64,000 bases of DNA from a virus: the IMG/VR virus record IMGVR_UViG_3300048904_000222, positions 1 through 64,000 of that record. One strand, 5' to 3'. Shown here piece after piece: positions 33,645-41,119 of this stretch (position 1 is its first letter; each line of letters begins with the position of its first letter). The notes under the pieces were generated by a model. It had not been told where the DNA came from. It made no database searches and saw nothing but the letters and a program-made list of their open reading frames with translations. A program made the translations under genes and the position numbers.

Positions 33645-33941
33645 ATGCGAGTTCAGAAAGACGATACCTTGACAAAAGCAGAAGTCCTCTGGCTTCTTGC
33701 CATGGATTCGCAACGCGACGAATCCAATTTTGCACTTCTGGATATCTCCAAGGGTGCAGAACACCAGCGCAGCGCTGTGATTGTTGTCACGCAGTTCGTG
33801 GATGGTAGCGCGGCACAACTCGGTATTGAGTTTGTGGATGAAGTTGCCAAGCTGGGCCAATACAAGCGCGCGCTGGAGAAAATCCTCGAAAGTGATAATC
33901 TGATCAATGCGCGCGTAATAGCTAAGGGGGCATTGGAATGA
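33645..33941 (+). CDS. Hypothetical protein (98 aa)
   Basis: Track ORF trimmed to ATG 33645. Confidence 0.45.
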   Translation: MRVQKDDTLTKAEVLWLLAMDSQRDESNFALLDISKGAEHQRSAVIVVTQFVDGSAAQLGIEFVDEVAKLGQYKRALEKILESDNLINARVIAKGALE

Positions 33942-34117
33942 ACTTTCTTATTGGTCAGCGGGTGATTTACGGCCAGCGCGAAATCGTTAAAGTGATCGAT
34001 CCTCCGCGCGGTCAAAGACTTCCCGGATTCAACCAACAATGGGTTATGCGCGCTTCGGGCTATGAACAGTGCGTTTCTCTCGACAATCTCAAACCGCTTC
34101 CGGGAGGCCAACTGTGA
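33938..34117 (+). CDS. Hypothetical protein (59 aa)
   Basis: Hand-found ORF: MNFLIGQRVIYGQREIVKVIDPPRGQRLPGFNQQWVMRASGYEQCVSLDNLKPLPGGQL. It has an ATGA overlap with the upstream stop and a GTGA overlap with the downstream start. Confidence 0.45.
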   Translation: MNFLIGQRVIYGQREIVKVIDPPRGQRLPGFNQQWVMRASGYEQCVSLDNLKPLPGGQL

Positions 34118-34797
34118 GCGACCGCAAACGAATTCTGGACAAGATTGGCAAGCTGCTGAATCTCGGCAAAGATGCACGTGGGAACGCCAACGAGTGTGCC
34201 GCTGCCCTGCGCCAAGCACAGAAGTTGATGGATAAACACGGCGTGACGCAAGCCGAACTCGGGCTCGTGGGTTACAGCAAGGAAACCGTTGAATGCCCGA
34301 TTCAGGTTAGCAAGAAAACCATTCCGCTGCGCCTCAGTCTTCTTGTGCATATCATCGCGGACGCGTTCGGGGTTAAACCGATCATCGGTTCAACCAAACG
34401 TCAGTCGGACTATAGTTATGTGGTCCACTACATAGGGCCGAGCGGGCGCGTTATGCTGGCTGTGTATTCCCACACGGTGGTGCAACGGGCGCTCGACGCT
34501 GCGTGGCGCAAATACCTCGCATTGCACCCTGAAATTCGTGGCATGCGTGGTGTGCGTGCAGGCTTCGAATCCGGTTGGTTAGAAGAAGTCCGAAACTCCG
34601 TCCAGGAGCTTGGATTTACGGAAGAAGAGCGGGCAGCCACCAACGCACTGATTGAAAAAGAGTTCACGTCCCTCGTTAAACACAAGACAAACGTGACAAG
34701 TGTGGACGCACTTGCTAACGCCGACGGCGCAGCGGCCGGAGCGGAATTCAGATTGAGCCGCCCTGTCTCAAAAGAAAACCTGAAAATTGGCGGTTAA
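34114..34797 (+). CDS. DUF2786-like protein
   Basis: Track ORF trimmed to GTG 34114. The N-terminus RKRILDKIGKLLNLGKDARGNANECAAALRQAQKLMDKHGV fits the DUF2786 pattern. Confidence 0.5.
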   Translation: MSDRKRILDKIGKLLNLGKDARGNANECAAALRQAQKLMDKHGVTQAELGLVGYSKETVECPIQVSKKTIPLRLSLLVHIIADAFGVKPIIGSTKRQSDYSYVVHYIGPSGRVMLAVYSHTVVQRALDAAWRKYLALHPEIRGMRGVRAGFESGWLEEVRNSVQELGFTEEERAATNALIEKEFTSLVKHKTNVTSVDALANADGAAAGAEFRLSRPVSKENLKIGG

Positions 34798-34798
34798 A

Positions 34799-34987
34799 AT
34801 GGATACCGAAATTCTCGCCGCAAAGATTAAGCATTTGCAGACCAGTATTATCGCATTGTGCGTCTGCTGTGCTTTCATCCTTATCGTTGTGGTTGCGCTA
34901 TTCGCACGTATCGAGGTTATGAACGGCGAGCTGCAATCCCTGCGCCACCCAGCAGCTCCCGAACAAACGCGAGGCTATGATGCTTGA
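34799..34987 (+). CDS. Small membrane protein (62 aa)
   Basis: Trimmed to ATG 34799. The TMD is IIALCVCCAFILIVVVALFA. Confidence 0.4.
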   Translation: MDTEILAAKIKHLQTSIIALCVCCAFILIVVVALFARIEVMNGELQSLRHPAAPEQTRGYDA

Positions 34988-35249
34988 TAGTTACGACAAG
35001 GAATTCTTTACCGTCATAGCAATCACTCTCGGTTGTGTTGTGCTGGCGATGGCGGCAATTATGGGGCCGGTACTGTATTTTCAGCACAAGAGAGAAGTTC
35101 AACACAAGCTGTATCTGGAAAAGCATGGGTGCCAAGTAAAATGGAAGCTTGGTACTGGAGGTTACGTCATGTGCGGAAAGTATTGCACTCGGCCTGAAAT
35201 CGCAACAATCTATGAGTGTGCGGATGGGTTGCGTGTGGAGGTTGATTAA
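34977..35249 (+). CDS. Small membrane protein (90 aa)
   Basis: The TMD is FFTVIAITLGCVVLAMAAIMGPVLYF. The C-terminal part is Cys-containing. Confidence 0.45.
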   Translation: MMLDSYDKEFFTVIAITLGCVVLAMAAIMGPVLYFQHKREVQHKLYLEKHGCQVKWKLGTGGYVMCGKYCTRPEIATIYECADGLRVEVD

Positions 35250-35340
35250 TGCGATGTTCCGTACCGATTAAAAAGTCCAATCCATAGGCACGGAACTACT
35301 GCTATACTTTGGTCATGCGTAACCAACAAGGAGCAACGCA

Positions 35341-36294
35341 ATGAACCAGAACAAAACTTCTTTCGACGACATGGAAGACGATTTCCCGTCGTCGGAAGAC
35401 TTCAATGCAAAACCGCGCGACTACCTGGAAGCCGCCCACGAGTACATCAAAAACCGTGGTGGCACGCAGCGCATCTATGAAGAGCGCAAGGCTGTGCATC
35501 GCCCGACGGACCGTGCCGAGAAGCTGTATTCCGAAAACTGCCCGGCGTGCAAGGGCAGCGGCAAGTTCACGTCCTACACGGGGCGTGTGGTTGGCAACTG
35601 CTTCAAGTGCGAAGGCAAAGGCGTCCTGACGTTCAAGACGAGTCCCGAATCGCGCGCCAGCGGCCGCCAGTCGGCAGAGCGTACACGCATGCGCAAGGCG
35701 CAGGAGCTCTCGGAAAACATCGCGGCATTCAAGGAACAGAACGCCGACGTGTACGGTTGGATCGAAAGCAATCTCAACCGCAACTTCGACTTCGCAGACA
35801 GCTTGCACGAGCAGCTCCACCGTAAGGGCGAGCTGTCCGAAGGGCAGATTGCGGCTGTGTTGCGGTGCATGGAGCGCGAGAAAGCTCGCACGGCAGAGCG
35901 CGTCGCCAACGCCCCGGCAGCAGATGCCGAAAAGCTGGAGAATGCCTTCAAGCACGCGCAGTCCAGCGGCCTCAAGTTCCCGTCGCTGTATTTCAGCGGC
36001 TTCCGCTTCAGCCCGGCCAGTGCCAACAGCGCCAATGCCGGTGCAATCTATGCAAAGGCCCATGACGGCACGTATCTCGGCAAGGTAGCAGGCGGCAAGT
36101 TCTTCAAGTCGCGCGATTGCAGCGCCGAGGATGAACAAGACGTGTTGCGTGTGGTCAACGACCCGTTTGCAGCGGCCGTCGAGTTTGGCAAAATGACGGG
36201 GCATTGCTGCGTGTGCAACCGGCTTCTGACGGATCCGGAAAGTGTCAATCGCGGTATCGGTCCGATCTGTGCCGAAAGGTTTGGGTGGCTGTGA
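35341..36294 (+). CDS. Zinc-finger protein (DnaJ-type CxxCxGxG and DUF6011-like C-terminus)
   Basis: 317 aa with AAGGAG upstream. Contains CPACKGSGKF...CFKCEGKG, and the C-terminus is GHCCVCNRLLTDPESVNRGIGPICAERFG. Confidence 0.6.
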   Translation: MNQNKTSFDDMEDDFPSSEDFNAKPRDYLEAAHEYIKNRGGTQRIYEERKAVHRPTDRAEKLYSENCPACKGSGKFTSYTGRVVGNCFKCEGKGVLTFKTSPESRASGRQSAERTRMRKAQELSENIAAFKEQNADVYGWIESNLNRNFDFADSLHEQLHRKGELSEGQIAAVLRCMEREKARTAERVANAPAADAEKLENAFKHAQSSGLKFPSLYFSGFRFSPASANSANAGAIYAKAHDGTYLGKVAGGKFFKSRDCSAEDEQDVLRVVNDPFAAAVEFGKMTGHCCVCNRLLTDPESVNRGIGPICAERFGWL

Positions 36295-36482
36295 TGGACA
36301 ACCTGCGCCGGGAAACGGCTGAAGCGGCAGACGTCATTGACGCTGCCGTTTTCATAGGTGACGAGTTCTTGCAACCGGCTGCCCGTGCGGCCCTCCGGGA
36401 GCTTATGGGGCGTTGGGAGCGCGGCCTTCGCGAATACGACAATATGGAGATTGGCGATGGCTCGGCTTCCCACAATTCATAA
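36294..36482 (+). CDS. Hypothetical protein (62 aa)
   Basis: Trimmed to ATG 36294, which overlaps the previous stop (TGATG). Confidence 0.4.
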   Translation: MDNLRRETAEAADVIDAAVFIGDEFLQPAARAALRELMGRWERGLREYDNMEIGDGSASHNS

Positions 36483-36729
36483 GGCCAACCAGCCGATCGC
36501 GCACACGCGCGGTATGCGGGTGACTTTTGGAAAATACAAAGGTCTTCTTGTTGAAGAGATTCTTGACGAAAATGCGGGCTGGCTTGTATGGGCGCACGAA
36601 AATGTTGAACATTTCCGGCTGGATGAAGACATTTATCAAGAAGCTATGGCTCGCGATGTTCAACGAAGAGCCCGGAACGAAATCAAGCGCTACGCCGAAT
36701 ACAACTTCTGGGGCGACTTCGATGACTAA
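36457..36729 (+). CDS. DUF3820-like protein
   Basis: Trimmed to ATG 36457, preceded by GGAG. Contains FGKYKGLLVEEILDENAGWLVWAHEN, a typical DUF3820 pattern. Confidence 0.45.
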   Translation: MARLPTIHKANQPIAHTRGMRVTFGKYKGLLVEEILDENAGWLVWAHENVEHFRLDEDIYQEAMARDVQRRARNEIKRYAEYNFWGDFDD

Positions 36730-36964
36730 TCAGCTTCAGTACTGGCGTGAAGGCTGTTACGTCAGCGACAGCGGCGCGGCGCACCCACTTGCCTATATCA
36801 TTGGCGAAGCCAGCACGGATCAGATAAAGGCTGTCGGGCTGACAACTGCTTACCTCAACCAGATGCTGCGTCTTGGGAAGCAGTACTACCCGCAATTCAG
36901 CCAGTCAGGCATGACGGTTCAGCAGTATGGGGACTATCTTTTTAAAATCGGACGGAGGTTCTGA
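36722..36964 (+). CDS. Hypothetical protein (80 aa)
   Basis: Trimmed to ATG 36722, overlapping the previous gene's end. Confidence 0.4.
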   Translation: MTNQLQYWREGCYVSDSGAAHPLAYIIGEASTDQIKAVGLTTAYLNQMLRLGKQYYPQFSQSGMTVQQYGDYLFKIGRRF

Positions 36965-37215
36965 TGCCCGAAATTATCAACGGCGTTACGTGTTACACGT
37001 GGCGTGAATCTTTCGACATGTGTCAACATCGCGTGTGCAAATATCATGCGATTGACCTCGAAGATGCGTACTGTACGCACCCTGAATCGTTTCGGGTGTC
37101 CCCGGTTTTCGGTTGCAGTACGAACCGCATGATCAGGGAAGGGCTTTGTACGGGTTGCAACGACAAACCGGAGAAGAACCTGCGTCAGCTTTTCGCGCCG
37201 GCGGAGAAGAAATAA
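36964..37215 (+). CDS. Hypothetical Cys-rich protein (83 aa)
   Basis: Track ORF; the start overlaps the previous stop. Confidence 0.45.
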   Translation: MPEIINGVTCYTWRESFDMCQHRVCKYHAIDLEDAYCTHPESFRVSPVFGCSTNRMIREGLCTGCNDKPEKNLRQLFAPAEKK

Positions 37216-37475
37216 TGAGACAGTTCATTGCAGTTACAGCAGTCGAGGTCGCCGATAAGGATGACCAGAACGACGCGCCGAATGTGTACGCGCGCCCGGC
37301 AATCATTCCCGTCGATACAATCGAATACGTATCGGAATTACAAGAGGATGACATACGAGGCGAACACGAATACGGCGGCGGGGCGCGAACGCGTATCGAT
37401 CTTAGAGCTGACACTGTTTTCGTTAAAGAGACGATGTCGGTTCTTTTCAGGATGCTTGTTACAAATCAGTCGTAG
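37215..37475 (+). CDS. Hypothetical protein (86 aa)
   Basis: Trimmed to ATG 37215, which overlaps the previous stop (TAATG). Confidence 0.4.
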   Translation: MRQFIAVTAVEVADKDDQNDAPNVYARPAIIPVDTIEYVSELQEDDIRGEHEYGGGARTRIDLRADTVFVKETMSVLFRMLVTNQS

Positions 37476-37538
37476 ACGGCTGCCTTGGTTACGCATACAC
37501 TTTATTCAGCTGCGTAACTAAGACTTTTAGAGGGTGCT

Positions 37539-38318
37539 ATGGGTTATCTCGTTATCGATCGTCAAAATATGACGCTGGTGCACAAATGCACCACGCACGC
37601 TATTGCGTCGGCTATCGCCACAATCGAATGCGCACGGGTGCCGGTGTCCATCCTGCCGCACGATCGCGCAGTGCTGTTGGCGCGATTCAGCGATTATGAA
37701 TTGAAGCGCCTTTACCTCGGTATTACCGGCGCGGATATGGGCGCGATATATTTCACGGACGCGATCATCGCCGCCGTGGATCAAGTCATCGACGCCGTTC
37801 CAGTATCGGAATTCAATTCGATACTGGTTGCAGCGCAAGCGGATTACGCAAAAGCCAATAGCGAGAACGATGACGAGGATCTCATCGACTACCGCTACAA
37901 GCCGGCAAGCACAACACCCGAGGCCCTGATACAGTTCAAGTGGCCGGACCCAAAGCAGGCGAACCCACTGGCGTGGGAAACGCTGGCTGGCCTGCCGAAA
38001 ACCAACACGCTGCGCGTGCAGCCGCCCGCGCCTGCCGAGCCCGTGGCCGCGCCCGCACCTAACCACACGCCAGCGCAGCGGGAGCCCAGCGGGCCGCGTG
38101 GCGGGGCTGGCAGCCGGGGTGCCGCAAGCACGGTTTTCGGTGTTGCGGACGAAATGTGGGAGAAGGCGGGGAAACCCATGACAATCGAAGGTATGCTTCA
38201 GCTTCGGAAAGAAATCATGACTCACATGGAAGCGGAGTATGGGGTGAAGCGCACTACCAGCAGTAGCGCTCTTTGCAATTGGCAAAAAATGAAGCTGGAG
38301 CAGTCAGATGTGAAGTAG
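37539..38318 (+). CDS. Hypothetical protein (259 aa), distant member of the paralog family
   Basis: GAGGG lies upstream. The Pro/Ala-rich linker is followed by the C-terminal TVFGVADEMWEKAG...EAEYGVKRTTSSSALCNWQKMK, loosely matching the ...W...D...EYxxW(R/K)K domain. Confidence 0.55.
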   Translation: MGYLVIDRQNMTLVHKCTTHAIASAIATIECARVPVSILPHDRAVLLARFSDYELKRLYLGITGADMGAIYFTDAIIAAVDQVIDAVPVSEFNSILVAAQADYAKANSENDDEDLIDYRYKPASTTPEALIQFKWPDPKQANPLAWETLAGLPKTNTLRVQPPAPAEPVAAPAPNHTPAQREPSGPRGGAGSRGAASTVFGVADEMWEKAGKPMTIEGMLQLRKEIMTHMEAEYGVKRTTSSSALCNWQKMKLEQSDVK

Positions 38319-38392
38319 CGTGAATGCGTCATGTTAAAGTGCATTCACGTTTGCAAAAACACACCCGACCCGATTACATTTCACTGGAGAGC

Positions 38393-39025
38393 ATGATGAG
38401 CGACAAGACCCCCGAGCAACTGGCGGCAGAACAGGCAGCGGCGGCCGCTGCACAAGCGAAGGCAGCAGAAGCGGCTGCCGCGAAGGAAGCGAAGGCCCAG
38501 GAAGCGGCGCGCAAGAAGGAAGAGCGCGAAGCTGCCAAGGCGGCCAAGCTGGCAGAAGCCGAAGCGAAGAAGGCCGAACTCGAAGCGGCCAAGGCTGCCA
38601 AGGTCGCGGAAAAGGAAGCCGCGAAGAAGGCGAAGGAAGACGAGAAGGCCCGCAAGGCGGCCGAGAAGGAAGCGGCGAAGGCGGCGAAGCAGAAACCGAA
38701 GATGCCCGAGCAGAACGGCGTCCGCCGCCCCGGTCCGGACGGCGAGTGCGGCAAGGCGTGGGCGGTGTTCGACAGCATCTCGCAGTCGCAGAATGCACCG
38801 TGCGCGATCTCGCAAGCCATCACCGTCGCCAAGGCGATGGAGCCGCCGCTCAACGAAGGCAACCTCCGCACCGAATACGCGCGCTGGAAGAAGTTCAACG
38901 GCCTGACCGGCAAGATCGACGCGCCGAAGACGCCGGAGCAGATCGAAGCCGAAAAGGCAGCGGCAGCGAAGGCGGCGGAGCTGGCCGCGCAGCAGCAAGC
39001 GGCAGCGCAGCACCCGCAAGCGTAA
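38393..39025 (+). CDS. Ala/Glu/Lys-rich (histone-H1-like) protein with paralog-family C-terminal domain
   Basis: Trimmed to ATG 38393, preceded by GGAGAG. About 100 aa of AAKEAKAQEAARKKEE-type low complexity are followed by QNGVRRPGPDGECGKAWAVFD...NEGNLRTEYARWKKFNG. Confidence 0.6.
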   Translation: MMSDKTPEQLAAEQAAAAAAQAKAAEAAAAKEAKAQEAARKKEEREAAKAAKLAEAEAKKAELEAAKAAKVAEKEAAKKAKEDEKARKAAEKEAAKAAKQKPKMPEQNGVRRPGPDGECGKAWAVFDSISQSQNAPCAISQAITVAKAMEPPLNEGNLRTEYARWKKFNGLTGKIDAPKTPEQIEAEKAAAAKAAELAAQQQAAAQHPQA

Positions 39026-39246
39026 TGCGACGGCCCGCGCTGACCGTTTGATGGGCGACTGCGCGGCCGTAGTATCAGGGGATGCGCTTTTGCGGCGTAT
39101 CTTAAACGAAGGCTTCTTAAACCCTCGCCCTGACTTTGGTGTAAAGTGTATTGCCGTGAAGGTGCTGTATGTGAGAGTCCAGCATCTACACCCTCTGGAT
39201 ACGTGGAGGTTTCCACGTTATAAAGGACTTGTTCCATCCAGATTTT

Positions 39247-39323
39247 CCGAGTGTAGCGCAGCCCGGTAGCGCATCTGATTTGGGATCAGAGGGTCACAGG
39301 TTCGAATCCTGTTACTCGGACCA
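39247..39323 (+). tRNA. tRNA-Pro (anticodon UGG), CCA encoded
   Basis: Manual cloverleaf. Acceptor CCGAGTG/TACTCGG (one G-U pair), U8-A9, D-stem GCGC/GCGC, anticodon stem TCTGA/TCAGA. The anticodon loop is TT-TGG-GA and the variable loop is GGGTC. T-stem ACAGG/CCTGT with loop TTCGAAT, discriminator A, then CCA. 77 nt. Confidence 0.9.
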
Positions 39324-40079
39324 GTTTCGGGTCATCTGTTTGGTTTCTTTTTGTGTCCGCGCGCAAACAGCAGATGGGTGACCCGAGCCGTGGTGGTGGC
39401 AGTTCGGCCATAAACAGCCGGGCCAAAGCCAAACGCGCCGTGACGGTCACGGAACCGTGGCCCCGGGTAGAAACGGGGCGCTTACCTTGAAGCACCCGAG
39501 CTGACCGGACATCAGTAGTGGCGCGTGAGGCTTGTCCCCTTGCCCGCAGAAGCTCAACCAGACGGCCTCAGAAACCAGAGGGTAGTCGGGTGTTTCAAAG
39601 TGGGCGTACCAGGAAGCGCCTTTCGTCCTCCTTCGCATACCAATTTGGTCGTTGGTGCGGTCGTCACAGCGGAGGGCGCTTCCTGGTGCCGTGCACCTGT
39701 GCGCTAAACCTGTGCCGCGGATACGTCTGCACCACGGGAGAGATGCTGGAAGTCCGATAAGATGCGCTGGCGTCTTGCGCACATGCGGGGAAGCACTGGT
39801 GAACCCGCGCCGTAGTCCATTTCGCTTAAGACTTTAAACTGTAGCGGGTGCGGTATCGTGGTGGCGGCTTGTTCCGCAGACTTACGGCCGTACACTTCGC
39901 GGTCACCACAAGTGGTCGCACGACACCAATCGCGCTTACGTGATAAAACTGTGCGCGGTCGGGCGATTGCGCCGGGTCGACATATCACACTTCGGTGGAG
40001 ATGAACGTCGCCCGGCGCAAGTTCGGCTACAATTAATCCAGTCAACCTGCCCTAGCTGGGCCACCTCACTGGAGCTATA
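39324..40079 (+). ncRNA. Candidate large structured noncoding RNA (or long structured leader) downstream of tRNA-Pro
   Basis: About 750 nt with only short, mutually overlapping ORFs in all six frames, all of Arg/Cys-rich nonsense composition. Multiple strong stems are present. ACCAGGAAGCGCC (39608-39620) pairs with GGCGCTTCCTGGT (39675-39687), extendable to about 20 bp. CCGTGAC-G-GTCACGG lies at 39438-39452 and CCCCG-GGTAGAAA-CGGGG at 39461-39478. An imperfect stem joins 39328-39342 and 39365-39386. Strand is assumed from the flanking genes. Confidence 0.4.
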
Positions 40080-40859
40080 ATGCCCGTCATCAATATCCAG
40101 CCGCGCGAGAAGCTGGATCATTTCTCCCAAGATTTCCTCGAAGTACATTCCATTTTCGACACGATCCAAGGTGAAGGCCCGTTCGCCGGCCGCGCTGCCG
40201 TGTTCGTGCGGCTGGCTGGGTGTAACCTGCAATGCCCCGGTTGCGACACCGACTATACGGGCAATCGGGCAAAGATGGCGACGCCCGAGATTGTCATGGA
40301 AGTCAACAGCATGGTGAGCCAGCGGCGTGAAACCAACGTGACACCGCCACTTGTGGTTATCACGGGTGGGGAACCGCTTCGCCAGAACATCACGCTTCTG
40401 TGTGAGATGTTAGTCACTGCGGGTTGCCAAGTCCAACTCGAAACGAACGGGGTGTTGCCGCCTCCGCCGGGACTTCTGGATATTTGCACTGCAGAGGAAT
40501 ACCTCTGTTTTCCTGCGAATGTGCCGAGAATTCTGCATCGTGAATCTGGATTGTTCATCGTTGTGTCGCCGAAAACGCATCGCATCAACAGCCAGATTGC
40601 CAGCTACGCAAGCGCGTACAAATACGTCGTGAATGAAGAGCAAGGAACCGACGGCCTGCCGAACGTCGCGCTTGAAAACCGAACGAACGGCCCGCTGGCC
40701 CGGCCGCCGGAATGGTGGCGCGGCCCCGTGTACGTGCAGCCGCAAGACGAGCAAGACGAGGCTCGCAACCGTCGAAATCTCGACACCGCAATGGCGCTGT
40801 GCCGCAAGCACGGTTACATACTTCAAGTACAGCTCCACAAAATCATCGGGGTGGAATAA
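40080..40859 (+). CDS. queE: 7-carboxy-7-deazaguanine synthase (radical SAM)
   Basis: 259 aa. IQGEGPFAGRAAVFVRLAGCNLQCPGCDTDYT carries the CX3CX2C radical-SAM cluster in the QueE context. GGAG lies upstream. Confidence 0.85.
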   Translation: MPVINIQPREKLDHFSQDFLEVHSIFDTIQGEGPFAGRAAVFVRLAGCNLQCPGCDTDYTGNRAKMATPEIVMEVNSMVSQRRETNVTPPLVVITGGEPLRQNITLLCEMLVTAGCQVQLETNGVLPPPPGLLDICTAEEYLCFPANVPRILHRESGLFIVVSPKTHRINSQIASYASAYKYVVNEEQGTDGLPNVALENRTNGPLARPPEWWRGPVYVQPQDEQDEARNRRNLDTAMALCRKHGYILQVQLHKIIGVE

Positions 40860-41119
40860 TGAAAGAAGCTCTGGAAAATATGGAGTGCGAAGTCAGCGAT
40901 ACGAACGCGGGGTTTAAGTTTCGTCTCGTGAACAAGCGCACCGGGCAGAAGACGTTGTGGTGCGGTTACACGATGCACTGTTACCTCGACGGTTGGGTGG
41001 CAGCATCACAGTACTATCTTCCGGAATCCAAAGAATGTCGTCCGATCGACCCGGACGAGTTTTGCCGCCTGACTGCGTCGGGTATTCTCGAATACGAACC
41101 GAAGGAAATCACCAAATGA
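40859..41119 (+). CDS. Hypothetical protein (86 aa) inside the que cluster
   Basis: Trimmed to ATG 40859, which overlaps the queE stop (TAATG). The stop overlaps the queC-like start (ATGA). Confidence 0.5.
   Translation: MKEALENMECEVSDTNAGFKFRLVNKRTGQKTLWCGYTMHCYLDGWVAASQYYLPESKECRPIDPDEFCRLTASGILEYEPKEITK

Noticed and set aside
39247-39323. tRNA-Pro as a prophage integration site or boundary
   Set aside because: The tRNA is complete (full cloverleaf plus CCA) and is embedded between phage genes on both sides. No integrase or direct repeat of its 3' half is visible in the window. I interpret it as a phage-encoded tRNA.
39900-40079. preQ1 riboswitch upstream of queE
   Set aside because: I looked for the small preQ1-I-type hairpin with an A-rich tail (...CCC...UAAAAAACUA-like) immediately upstream of queE, and also in 43871-44248, and could not recognise it. 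An Rfam scan would be decisive.
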